Assembly: GCA_963747945.1 (NCBI GenBank)
Contig: CAVVHB010000018.1
Coordinates: 224,868 to 288,867, forward strand
DNA length: 64,000 nucleotides
Source of the DNA: Bryobacterales bacterium
Lineage (GTDB): Bacteria > Acidobacteriota > Terriglobia > Bryobacterales > Bryobacteraceae
Direction: 5' to 3'
The notes beneath the pieces were generated by a model. It did no database searches. It had not been told where the DNA came from and worked only from the letters and a program-made list of their open reading frames with translations. Shown here piece after piece: positions 9,596 through 18,996 of the stretch; position 1 is the first letter of the stretch; each line of letters starts with the position of its first letter. The position numbers and the translations under genes were made by a program.

Positions 9596-12079
9596 TTACT
9601 CCGTCCGGAGCGCCTCCAGTGGTTCTATGGAAGCGGCGCGGCGTGCCGGAATGATGGAGGCCGCAAGTGCCAGCAGGAAGATGGAGAGAACCGCCAGTAC
9701 CAGGATGAGCGGGTCCAGCGGATCCACCTCGAAAAGTAAAGAGCGCAGCAGCCGTGTGGCGAAGACGGCAGCGATGGCTCCAATGCCGCAACCCACCGCG
9801 CCGAGTTTGGCGCCGGAGACAAGAATCAACCGTATAATGCGCGAGCGCCGCGAACCGAGCGCCATTCGGATGGCCATCTCGTGGGTGCGCAGCGCGGTGG
9901 AGAAAGCAATGACGCTGTAGATGCCGAGCACAGCCAGCAACACGGCCGCACCTGCAAACGCGGAGATGAGCGTGGTGTTGAAGCGGCGCGATGCCTGGCC
10001 TTCCTCTACCACGCGGTCCATCGATTCTACCTGGGTGAGCGGAAGCTGCGGGTCGATGGAGCGGACCACGGCACGTAGGGATTCGGCCATCTGGCCGGGC
10101 GGCAGTTGGCCACGCAGCACGATGGAACCCCCATTGCCGGTGAGCATGCCGGGAGGCGCAAATACACCCGCACCGGCTTTCATTTGGCTGAAAGGAATGT
10201 AGAACTGTTCGATGGTAGGCACATCGGCTGCGTACTGTTTGACGTCGCCGATTTCTCCCACCACGGTGAGCCACGGCAAAGTAGCTTCTTTCGGGCCGCG
10301 GTGCAGACGTTTGCCGATGGGGTCCTGGCCAGGCCAGTAATGCTCGGCCAGGGTGCGGTTGACGATGGTCACGAGCGGTGCGCCGTCGCGGTCGGCTGGA
10401 GTAAAGTCGCGCCCGCGGATGATCGGAATGCCCTGAGCCTGGAAGTACTCGCCCATCACTTGAGGTATCCACGCCAGATTCAACCCCGCTCCCTTGGGAG
10501 CAATGTAGCCTTCGGGAGTGAAGGTGCCCTGGAATTCAGAACCCGAAGCCGGCAGCAGGGAAGTGACGCCTACCGCCTGCACGCCCGGCAGCTGCTCCAG
10601 TTTGGTGAGCATGCTTAGGTTGAATGCGTCTATCGCGGCCTGGCTGGAGTATTGTTGCCGGGGAAGGTTGTATGTGGCAGTGAGCGTATGATCGGCGCGG
10701 AAGCCGAGGCCCACGGAGCGCATTTTCTCGAAGCTGCGCAGCAAAAGGCCGGAGGCGGTAAGCATCACCAGAGCGACTGCGATTTCCGCGACCACCAGGG
10801 CCGAGCGCAGTTGCGCGTGACCGCCGCCGGCAGTGCCGGTGCGCCCGCCTTCTTTCAGAGCTTCATTCACTCCGGTACGGGCGGCGGCAAGGGCGGGAAG
10901 CAGTCCGCAGAACAGTCCGGTGAACACGGCCAGCGCCAGCGCAAAGGCCACTACCTGCCAGTCAAGACCAATGGAACTGACGCGGGGCAGTGTTTCAGGG
11001 AGGAAGCTGACACCCACGCGCAAGGCAACCGAGGCCAGTGCCAGCCCCAGCAATCCGCCTGAGACACTGATCATCAACGCCTCAACCAGCGATTGGCGAA
11101 CCACAGCCGCTGCGCTGGCGCCCAGGGCGATGCGCACGGAGATTTCGCGGCGACGGCGAATCACTCGTACCAGCAATAGTCCGGCGAGATTGACACAGGC
11201 GATAAAGAGAACCACGATCACGGCCAAAAAGAGCGTTTGGACCAGCGGGCGGGCCTGCGCAACGGTGGTTTCATCGAGCGGTTGGACCAGCGGGTGTAGT
11301 CGACGGCTGGAGAGGCCCGCAGGAAAGTTGCGCATAATCTCCTGCGCGGCGCCGACCGAATCCTGCTGGGCCTGCGCGGGCGTGACGCCGGGCTTCAGAC
11401 GTCCCACCATGAAATAGGCCCACGCTCCCGCGCCCTGAATCAGTTCAGCCTGAGTGAAACTCATCGGCACCCAAAGCTCGCTGCGGTTCAGCTGCCCGGG
11501 AACCAGGGGAAACTCGAATTCGCGCGGCATGACGCCGATAATCTCGTAGGGCTTGCGGTCGAGAAGAATCTTCCGGCCCAGTATGCCGGCATCGCCATGG
11601 AAACGGCTGCGCCAGGTCTGATAGCTCAGGACTGCCACTGGCTGGCTGCCTTCGTCCTCCTGCGGGGTAAAAGTGCGGCCCATCAGAGGCGGGACGCCGA
11701 GCACGGGAAACATGCTGGCGGTCAGCCGCGCGGCGTTGATCTGCGCCGGCTGGCCAAGGCCAGAGAGCTCATAGGTGGACGACTGGTAACCGCCCAGGCT
11801 GGAGAATGCACGGGTGTCGCGCATGTAAGTACGAACCCCCGGCGCGGTGACACCTGGCGCGTCTCCGTCATACTGGACGCCCTCCAGGATATCGCCCAGA
11901 GTAACCAGCCGGGCTTGATCGGCGAACGGCAAGGGCCGCAGCAGCACACCCTCGACGATAGAAAAGATGGCGGTTGTGGCTCCGATCCCGATGGCCAGTG
12001 TCAGCACCGCGGTCAGGGCGAATCCAGGTGACTTGCGCAATTGGCGCAACGAATAGCGCAAATCTTGAGATACGTCCAT
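9596..12079 (-). CDS. ADOP-family (duplicated orphan) MacB/FtsX-type ABC transporter permease
   Basis: 827 aa. It starts with the characteristic N-terminus DLRYSLRQLRKSPGFALTAVLTLAIGIGATTAIFS. It has two MacB-periplasmic/FtsX modules. No ATPase gene is adjacent. Confidence 0.9.
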   Translation of the reverse strand: MDVSQDLRYSLRQLRKSPGFALTAVLTLAIGIGATTAIFSIVEGVLLRPLPFADQARLVTLGDILEGVQYDGDAPGVTAPGVRTYMRDTRAFSSLGGYQSSTYELSGLGQPAQINAARLTASMFPVLGVPPLMGRTFTPQEDEGSQPVAVLSYQTWRSRFHGDAGILGRKILLDRKPYEIIGVMPREFEFPLVPGQLNRSELWVPMSFTQAELIQGAGAWAYFMVGRLKPGVTPAQAQQDSVGAAQEIMRNFPAGLSSRRLHPLVQPLDETTVAQARPLVQTLFLAVIVVLFIACVNLAGLLLVRVIRRRREISVRIALGASAAAVVRQSLVEALMISVSGGLLGLALASVALRVGVSFLPETLPRVSSIGLDWQVVAFALALAVFTGLFCGLLPALAAARTGVNEALKEGGRTGTAGGGHAQLRSALVVAEIAVALVMLTASGLLLRSFEKMRSVGLGFRADHTLTATYNLPRQQYSSQAAIDAFNLSMLTKLEQLPGVQAVGVTSLLPASGSEFQGTFTPEGYIAPKGAGLNLAWIPQVMGEYFQAQGIPIIRGRDFTPADRDGAPLVTIVNRTLAEHYWPGQDPIGKRLHRGPKEATLPWLTVVGEIGDVKQYAADVPTIEQFYIPFSQMKAGAGVFAPPGMLTGNGGSIVLRGQLPPGQMAESLRAVVRSIDPQLPLTQVESMDRVVEEGQASRRFNTTLISAFAGAAVLLAVLGIYSVIAFSTALRTHEMAIRMALGSRRSRIIRLILVSGAKLGAVGCGIGAIAAVFATRLLRSLLFEVDPLDPLILVLAVLSIFLLALAASIIPARRAASIEPLEALRTE

Positions 12080-12198
12080 GAAGCAATCTTCTCAAATGCA
12101 GCACCTATTTTGGAACCGAAAATGATTGTCCGAATTCAAACGGGCGCTCGCACGCGCAACGAACGTGCTAGCATACCCTTCACTAACAACACAGAGAA

Positions 12199-13272
12199 AT
12201 GTCGACGTCCGTTCCTTCCCAAGCCGATCCGTTCGATTGCTTGCCGGTAATCGATATCTCCGGGCTTTATCGACAAAACCCAGCAGCTCGGATGCATGTG
12301 GCCAACGCGCTGGGGGACGCGGCGCGGCAATCCGGGTTCTGTTACGTTACAGGCCATCGAGTATCGCCGGAACTTATCCGTCAACTGCTGCAGCAGACAA
12401 CCAGCTTTTTCGCTCTGCCGCTGGAGCAGAAAATGAAGTGGTACATCGGCCACTCGCGAAACCACCGGGGTTACGTTCCGGAAGGCGAAGAGGTGTTCGC
12501 AGCTGGAACGCGCGATCGCAAGGAAGCTTTCGACCTGGGTCTCGATCTGCCTCCGGACGCCGCGGAGGTTCAGGGCGGAAACCCGATGCTCGGTCCAAAT
12601 ATTTGGCCGGATCTAGAGGGCTTTCGCGCCACCGCCCAAGCCTACTACGATTCCGTCCTTCAACTGGGGCGCATTTTGTTCCGCGGATTCGCTCTTGCAC
12701 TCGGCCTGGAAGAAGAAAGTTTCGTGCGCTTCGTCAATCGCCCGCCTTCCCAACTGCGGCTGATCCATTACCCGTATAATCCCGACGCAGAGGACTCCAT
12801 GGGTAGCGGCGCTCACACGGACTATGAATGCTTCACCATCCTGCTTCCAACAGCGCCCGGGCTGGAAGTGATGAATGGCGCCGGTGTTTGGATTGACGCT
12901 CCACCCGTTCCCGGTTGTTTTGTTGTGAACATCGGGGACATGTTCGAGACCTGGACGAACGGCGAGTTCGTGGCTACCTCCCATCGCGTCCGCCGCGTTC
13001 GTGAAGAGCGCTATTCCTTTCCTTTTTTCTGTGTCTGCGACTATGACACGCTGGTCGAGCCGCTACCGCAATTCGTTGCACCGGACAGGCCGCCCAAATA
13101 CGCACCGGTGATGGCGGGCGCCCACCTGTTTGCGCAAACGGTCCAGAGTTTCCAATACCTGAAGCAGCGGCTGGCACAGGGAGAGCTTTCTCTGCCATCC
13201 TCCGCGCTTCCCCTTTCGTCTTTTGGTCAGGAGGCAAGACACAAAACCGCCCCAGGATCCGGGCAGGCATGA
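12199..13272 (+). CDS. 2-oxoglutarate/Fe(II)-dependent oxygenase (isopenicillin-N-synthase-like)
   Basis: 357 aa with the HxD...H facial triad (GAHTDYECF ... ATSHRV) and a DIOX_N-like N-terminus (LPVIDISGL). Confidence 0.85.
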   Translation: MSTSVPSQADPFDCLPVIDISGLYRQNPAARMHVANALGDAARQSGFCYVTGHRVSPELIRQLLQQTTSFFALPLEQKMKWYIGHSRNHRGYVPEGEEVFAAGTRDRKEAFDLGLDLPPDAAEVQGGNPMLGPNIWPDLEGFRATAQAYYDSVLQLGRILFRGFALALGLEEESFVRFVNRPPSQLRLIHYPYNPDAEDSMGSGAHTDYECFTILLPTAPGLEVMNGAGVWIDAPPVPGCFVVNIGDMFETWTNGEFVATSHRVRRVREERYSFPFFCVCDYDTLVEPLPQFVAPDRPPKYAPVMAGAHLFAQTVQSFQYLKQRLAQGELSLPSSALPLSSFGQEARHKTAPGSGQA

Positions 13273-14171
13273 CTATCGAGGAGCTGGCCGCGCTAACCGC
13301 TCCGCATCCCGCCGCCCCGGTTCCGGATTGGTTGATCGGATGTTTTCGCAGGCGTTCCATCACGTTCTTTCAGGGTCAATGCGATACCAGCACGGAAGTT
13401 TACTGGCTACAGACCCGGGGGATTTGCGTGGATATTCGCCTGTCTCCCCAGCGGCCGCGGGCGCGTGGCCGAACGTCGCTGGACGATTTCACCGAATTGG
13501 AACGTGCGTTGCTGGCTCGGGCGGAAGGCGGCGCGGCACGAACCGAGTGGGACGGCGCATCCCTGCACTGGCGGGATTGGAAGGCATTTCAGATTCATGA
13601 CAAATGGCCCGAGCCCGGATGCCTCCGCCGCATCGGCGATTGCGTGATCGAGTTCGCGCCCAGCGGCGCGTACGTGGAGGACTGGCGGCTGCAGCCCTCT
13701 CAACCGGGACCGGTGGTGGGACTGCAACTGGTAGAGGAACGCGTCGCCGGCATCGGTAAAGTAACGCATCGCGGTGGCGCCCTCATTGTGTGCGGCGATC
13801 ATGCGGCGCTGGTGCGAGGCCGCCCCAGCGGGACGCAAATTCCAGAACGCGAACTGTTCAGTTGCGAGGCCAGCTACGCGGTCCGCGATCCCGCTTCTGG
13901 TGGTTTCACAATCGCCTTGTCCACGAACCCGCTCCGTGAAGGCCAGATTCTTTGCATCCAAGATGGCTTCGAGCTGGATGACGAAACGCGGCGGGTGCGC
14001 CAGAGAGTGGACATAGACGGCGAGTTGCGCGAGCGAATCTTCACCATCGATACACTGGAACCTCAGCATCAATTCCGGCGCTCCAGCGATGTCAGCGCGG
14101 GTGTTGCGGATTGGCTGGCTTCAGAAGCGGAAACGCTGTTGGCTCATGCCGAAGGAATCCCATGCGACTAG
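13269..14171 (+). CDS. hypothetical protein (no recognisable domain)
   Basis: 300 aa ORF. Its start is coupled to the upstream oxygenase by a 4-nt overlap, and its end overlaps the next gene by 10 nt. Coding-like composition. Confidence 0.6.
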   Translation: MTIEELAALTAPHPAAPVPDWLIGCFRRRSITFFQGQCDTSTEVYWLQTRGICVDIRLSPQRPRARGRTSLDDFTELERALLARAEGGAARTEWDGASLHWRDWKAFQIHDKWPEPGCLRRIGDCVIEFAPSGAYVEDWRLQPSQPGPVVGLQLVEERVAGIGKVTHRGGALIVCGDHAALVRGRPSGTQIPERELFSCEASYAVRDPASGGFTIALSTNPLREGQILCIQDGFELDDETRRVRQRVDIDGELRERIFTIDTLEPQHQFRRSSDVSAGVADWLASEAETLLAHAEGIPCD

Positions 14172-15235
14172 CGGCATTGTTGGCAGCGGGATTGTCGCTG
14201 CTTCTTACCTCCTGTGCCATGACGCAAGCGCCCAAGCCAACCTTCACACTGGCATGGTCCGTTTACGTCGGCTACGATCCGTATCCCTATATGCAGAGGG
14301 CCGGAATCTTGAAGAAGTGGGCGGATAAATACAACGTCGATATCCAGCTTCGGCGTCTGGATTACGCCGCTTCCATCGACGCCTTCGTGGCAAAAACCGT
14401 GGACGCCTGCGCCATGACCAACATGGAAGCGTTGGACATGCCTGCCGCCGCGGGCGTGGACACTTCGGTGCTCTTTATCGACGATTTCTCAAACGGGAAC
14501 GACATGATCCTGGCGCGCGGTGGCGCCCAGCTGCAAGATATCCCCAGCAAGAGAGTCTTGCTGATCGAGAAAACCGTCTCGCATTATTTACTGGAGCGCG
14601 CGCTGGAATTGCACGGCATGGAGTCTCAAATTCCCGGGCTGAACCTGATCAACACCACTGACGTCGACATCGCGGCCGCTTTCTTAAACGATCCGGGCAT
14701 CGGAGCAGCCGTGACGTGGAAACCGATGGCCGGACAAATAGAAGCCAGCGGCAAAGCACGGCGAATCTTCGACTCATCTCAAATACCCGGTGAAATCATC
14801 GACGTTCTTGCCATTCGTAGCGAGGTTCTCAATCGGAGGGATCAATCGGGAGATCGGTTTGCGAAAGCGCTTACCGGCGCCTGGTATGAAGTAATGTCGC
14901 GCATGGCCTCAGCCACCGAGCGGGAAGAAGTATTGCAGAAAATGGCGGAAGTGTCTCAGGATACTCTGGTCTCTTTGAAGAACCAATTGGCAACCACCCA
15001 ACTGTTTTTCGATCCAGCCGCGGCGTTGGCTTTCGCCAACTCGGCCGGTACTAAACAAAAAATGCAGCTTGTCCGAACGTTTTGTTTTCGCCACAAACTA
15101 TTAGGAGACCGCACCCAGTTCATGGACGATGTGGCGATCCAATATCCGGATAAGACGGTACAGGGCAGGGGGGATCGCGTGCGGTTGCGCTTCGAAGAGA
15201 AATATATGCTGGCTGCCTCTCACCGGCAATTGTGA
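14162..15235 (+). CDS. NMT1/THI5-like (nitrate/sulfonate/taurine-type) solute-binding lipoprotein
   Basis: The start was moved to the ATG at 14162 (MRLAALLAAGLSLLLTSC, with a lipobox Cys). The body resembles ABC substrate-binding proteins of the SsuA/TauA/NMT1 type. Confidence 0.7.
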   Translation: MRLAALLAAGLSLLLTSCAMTQAPKPTFTLAWSVYVGYDPYPYMQRAGILKKWADKYNVDIQLRRLDYAASIDAFVAKTVDACAMTNMEALDMPAAAGVDTSVLFIDDFSNGNDMILARGGAQLQDIPSKRVLLIEKTVSHYLLERALELHGMESQIPGLNLINTTDVDIAAAFLNDPGIGAAVTWKPMAGQIEASGKARRIFDSSQIPGEIIDVLAIRSEVLNRRDQSGDRFAKALTGAWYEVMSRMASATEREEVLQKMAEVSQDTLVSLKNQLATTQLFFDPAAALAFANSAGTKQKMQLVRTFCFRHKLLGDRTQFMDDVAIQYPDKTVQGRGDRVRLRFEEKYMLAASHRQL

Positions 15236-15437
15236 ACGCGCCTCAGCAGCGTGTGTCGAAAGTCCGAAAAGACCGCTTGCTGACGCGCGCGGCTCAGCGG
15301 ACTCGTCGCGTTACAGAGCCGCGACCGTTAGGGAGACGGTTTCGACACAGGCTGTTAGCCGTTTGACAATTTTTCACAAAATCTCTTCTTGCGATCAAGC
15401 AACCGAGCGCGTCCTTGCTGATAGAGGTAATCAACAC

Positions 15438-15647
15438 ATGACGCCCAACGACCAGCCCTCCTACATTCAACCTTCATCGCGACATCTGCGCGACGATCGA
15501 CGCGAGCCGCGCCCCACTCACCAGGAGATCACACGCCTGGCGATCCAATTGTGGGAAAACGACGATCACCCCACCAGTTCCCCCGAAGACTATTGGTCGG
15601 AGGCGGAACGCCGGCTGCGCCGCGACAGGCAATCGACGTCCCACTAA
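15438..15647 (+). CDS. small DUF2934-like protein
   Basis: 69 aa from the internal ATG at 15438. HQEITRLAIQLWENDDHPTSSPEDYWSEAERRL matches the DUF2934 signature (I..RAY.LWE..G.P.G...DW..AE). Confidence 0.55.
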   Translation: MTPNDQPSYIQPSSRHLRDDRREPRPTHQEITRLAIQLWENDDHPTSSPEDYWSEAERRLRRDRQSTSH

Positions 15648-15991
15648 AACAGGCCGAGACGCGGAGTGAACAGAGGCGCTCCGCGTTTGTGATCTCCAGC
15701 AACTGGAGTTTGATCCCCGGACGTCCGCAAGAAAGCCATTGACACGAATCCACTTTACGGAGACAATAATTTCACTCGATTCTTAGATCGAGTCGCGGAT
15801 CCCTCCAAGTTGCGGCTGTTCGCCGGCTCAGTAGCCGCATCCTTCCCTTGTGTGGAAACCTTTTTAGGTTAACGTTCGACCTTCGGCGATTCTGATACCC
15901 CGAACTCCTTGTGGCAGTTGGTTGCATCGCGATCGCTTGGCCTACACGCAGGGTTCGTTGCAAGACTTTAGGTACTGGAGCACGAAGCGAC

Positions 15992-17782
15992 ATGCGAATT
16001 AGCACCTTCCAGGCGCGTTCATTACTGCTATTTTCCGCCTCACTGGTTTTAGCCTCAGTAGGATATGCGGCAACTAACGTTCCACAAGATCCGATACCTA
16101 TCAGCGACCCGGTCGTGATCGACAAGTGCGGAGGGTGCCATCGGCCTTCCAATAACGGGGTGATGCGGCGACTTTCGTACATGCGCACAACCCCCGAGGT
16201 CTGGGAGCAGGCAATTAAGCGGATGGTACGCCTTCACGGCGTGGTGATCTCGGCCCAAGACGCGAGCCACATATTGCGCTATCTGAGCACGAATAATGGT
16301 CTGGCGCCGGAAGAGGCGAAGCCCATTTTTTGGGAGGCGGAGCACCGGCTATTCCGCGATCAGGAAGATCCGACGTTGGTGCCGGCAGCCTTGCAACACG
16401 TCTGTAATTATTGCCACACCATTGGGCGCGTCCTGGGACAGCGCCGGACCCGCGAAGATTATCAAAAGCTCGCCACTACGCATGTGGCCTTGTATCCTTA
16501 CACCGACATCATGGTGTTTCGGCCATACCCTTCTACGCTCTCCGCGGATGAGATTCCTGTGACGACCACGAACGTAGGAAGTTTCGAGACGGTTCTGAAC
16601 TACCCGAAGGCCCCGGAACCCGTTGATGGAAAGGCGCCAATCGATGCAGCACTGGATTATCTTGCGGATCAGCAGCCGCTGATTACGCCGGAGTGGTCGG
16701 CGTGGAAGGCTATCATGCATACGCCCAAGTTGGCGGGGACGTGGCTGATCAACGGATATCAGAAGGGGAGGGGCCGGGTATACGGAGAAATGGTGGTGGA
16801 AGCCGGGGCGTCCGCCGATGACTTTACCACCAAGCTGACTCTTCGATATGCCAGCGGCGGTCAGGAATTCCACAGGACAGGCAAGGGCATCGTCTACACG
16901 GGTTACAGTTGGCGCGGCCGGTCGAAAGTTGACGGTAGCGCTTCAACCGACCCGAGCGTCTCGCCGGCGGAAATGAAAGAGGCGCTCTTTGTAGCGCGCG
17001 ATGGAAGCGCGATCGACGGCCGCTTGTATTGGGGCGGCTACGACGAGTTTGGTGTCGAAGTGCACTTGACCCGTCCGGGTACCAGTATTGTGCTGCAGGG
17101 GACGGACAAGCTCGCCGTAAGGTCGCCGTCAAACGCGCAGTTGAAGGTGTATGGCGCAAACATACCTTCGGGACTCAAACCGGGCGATTTCGATCTTGGC
17201 CCTGGAGTTAAGGTGGCGCGCATTGCTGAAAGCAAGCCGACCGAGGTGCTGTTGGATTTGACGGTCGACGCCGGAGTGGCGCCTGGAATGCACGATATCG
17301 CTCTGCGGGGCGCGACGGCCGTGAAGGCGTTTGCGGTCTACGACAAAGTCAGCTACATCAAGGTGGCGCCGGATGCGTCGTTCGCCCGCTTGGGCGGGAC
17401 GATCGCAGCCAAACAGTATGCCCAATTCGAGGCTGTCGCTTTTGCCAACGGCCCGGATGGGAAGGCAGGCACCGACGACGACTTGGAACTCGGCCCTGTC
17501 ACCGCAAACTGGTCGCTCGAAGAATTCTATTCCGGACCAAACGATGACGATGTGAAGTACGTTGGAAAGATCAACGACGCCGGGCTGTTTACGCCCAATA
17601 TAGAGGGGCCCAATCCCGAGCGCAAGAAACAGTACAACAACTTTGGCACCGATAACTACGGCGACGTGTGGGTAGACGCCTCATATCAGCCGGAGAGTGG
17701 GCCGCCGATGAAGGCCAGGTCGTACCTGGTGGTGACGGTGCCTCAATACATCCATTTCGATCAACCGGAGGTGTCGCAATGA
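15992..17782 (+). CDS. qhpA: quinohemoprotein amine dehydrogenase alpha subunit (di-heme cytochrome c)
   Basis: The start was moved to the ATG at 15992, followed by a signal peptide MRISTFQARSLLLFSASLVLASVGYA. Two CxxCH heme motifs are present (CGGCH, CNYCH). RLSYMRTTPEVWEQAIKRM...GLAPEE resembles QhpA domain I. It is followed by qhpB/D/C. Confidence 0.85.
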   Translation: MRISTFQARSLLLFSASLVLASVGYAATNVPQDPIPISDPVVIDKCGGCHRPSNNGVMRRLSYMRTTPEVWEQAIKRMVRLHGVVISAQDASHILRYLSTNNGLAPEEAKPIFWEAEHRLFRDQEDPTLVPAALQHVCNYCHTIGRVLGQRRTREDYQKLATTHVALYPYTDIMVFRPYPSTLSADEIPVTTTNVGSFETVLNYPKAPEPVDGKAPIDAALDYLADQQPLITPEWSAWKAIMHTPKLAGTWLINGYQKGRGRVYGEMVVEAGASADDFTTKLTLRYASGGQEFHRTGKGIVYTGYSWRGRSKVDGSASTDPSVSPAEMKEALFVARDGSAIDGRLYWGGYDEFGVEVHLTRPGTSIVLQGTDKLAVRSPSNAQLKVYGANIPSGLKPGDFDLGPGVKVARIAESKPTEVLLDLTVDAGVAPGMHDIALRGATAVKAFAVYDKVSYIKVAPDASFARLGGTIAAKQYAQFEAVAFANGPDGKAGTDDDLELGPVTANWSLEEFYSGPNDDDVKYVGKINDAGLFTPNIEGPNPERKKQYNNFGTDNYGDVWVDASYQPESGPPMKARSYLVVTVPQYIHFDQPEVSQ

Positions 17783-18939
17783 AAGCGTTTGTGATGAGAG
17801 CGATGGCCGCGGGTATCGCGTTCGCCACGTTCGTGGCAACTCCCTCGGTTGCACAGACCTCCGTCAACGGATTGATGTATGTCGGCACGCTAGACAAAAA
17901 GCTGTTGGTGATTGACGAAGACAAAGAGGAAGTAGTTGGCGAGATTCCGCTGGCCGGCGTGCCGCGCATGACGGAGCTGTCGGCAGACAAGAAAAAACTG
18001 TACGTAGTCAGCACCAAGATGGGGTTGGAAGTAGTGGACTTGGCCGCGCGCAAGTCTAAGACTTTGTTGAATCTGTCAGACGGCCGAAGCAGACCCGATA
18101 TTTTCGGCCTTACGCCCGACCTGGTCAATCCAGGCAACTTCGATTTTGAGGCCTTCTCCGGATTGGCAGTGGATCCCGCCGGGCACTATCTCTACACCAG
18201 CATGCGAGTTACGGTGAAAGATCTTGATGAATACAGGATCGAGCCGATGAAGTTCGTAGCCATAGACCTGACTAACGGGACCATTGCCAAGTCATTTCCG
18301 TTCCCAAAGGAGATGAGTCAAGGCTTCGATGGGATGGTCAGCTTCAAGGTTTCGCCGGACGGCAAGCAGCTCTTTGTGTTCGGTAAGGACATCCTGATCT
18401 TCGACCTCGCGACATTCACCCTGGTGGACAAGATAGCGCTTTCCAAACCAACATATCCCGGCGCGTCGCCGTTGCGTCTTACCGTGACGGACGATCCCTA
18501 TGACGATTCGACGAAAGTGACTTCTGTATTTACCTCCGTGGATCCCATCGTTCACAAGGGCACGCTCGGTCTGGCAACGTTGAATTTAACGACGCGCGAG
18601 GTCAGCTACTCGCCCATTGGCCCGGCCTACCCAATGCTGGGCTTCATGGTGACTCCGGACCGCAAACTCGGCTATTCGGTAATGTTCAACTACGCCGGAG
18701 GAAGCCGCCGCACCGAATGGTGGGTGTGGGACTTGCAGACGCACCAGGTGATTAAGACGCAGCCGTTTGAATCGCGGCCCACGTTCAAATTTGGAATCAG
18801 CAGCGACGGGAAGAAGCTGTATCTGTACGGTTCCGGATCGACGCTGGAGATTTTCGATGCCGCGACACTGACGTCCCGCAAGGTGATGTATCTGAACCGC
18901 GACATCACTACGAATTTGGTAACTCTCGCGCGCAACTAG
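17779..18939 (+). CDS. qhpB: quinohemoprotein amine dehydrogenase beta subunit (beta-propeller)
   Basis: The ATG at 17779 overlaps the qhpA stop (ATGA). The signal peptide is MKAFVMRAMAAGIAFATFVATPSVAQ. Repeated propeller-blade patterns are present (DGKKLYV..., PDGKQLFVFG, DGKKLYLYG). Confidence 0.75.
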   Translation: MKAFVMRAMAAGIAFATFVATPSVAQTSVNGLMYVGTLDKKLLVIDEDKEEVVGEIPLAGVPRMTELSADKKKLYVVSTKMGLEVVDLAARKSKTLLNLSDGRSRPDIFGLTPDLVNPGNFDFEAFSGLAVDPAGHYLYTSMRVTVKDLDEYRIEPMKFVAIDLTNGTIAKSFPFPKEMSQGFDGMVSFKVSPDGKQLFVFGKDILIFDLATFTLVDKIALSKPTYPGASPLRLTVTDDPYDDSTKVTSVFTSVDPIVHKGTLGLATLNLTTREVSYSPIGPAYPMLGFMVTPDRKLGYSVMFNYAGGSRRTEWWVWDLQTHQVIKTQPFESRPTFKFGISSDGKKLYLYGSGSTLEIFDAATLTSRKVMYLNRDITTNLVTLARN

Positions 18940-18996
18940 CGGGACCGCCAACATGACTCAATTTCCAACAACTTACTGCCAGTCGGAGGTGGGAGT

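Noticed and set aside
9411-10472. 353-aa ORF on the - strand spanning the FAD-subunit 5' end and the permease 3' end
   Set aside because: It is out of frame with two strongly supported genes and crosses their intergenic gap. The translation is Arg/Pro/His-rich nonsense.
15129-15437. 5' part of ORF 15129..15647
   Set aside because: It overlaps the 3' end of the binding-protein gene and the intergenic region. Only the last 69 codons (from the ATG at 15438) carry the DUF2934 signature.
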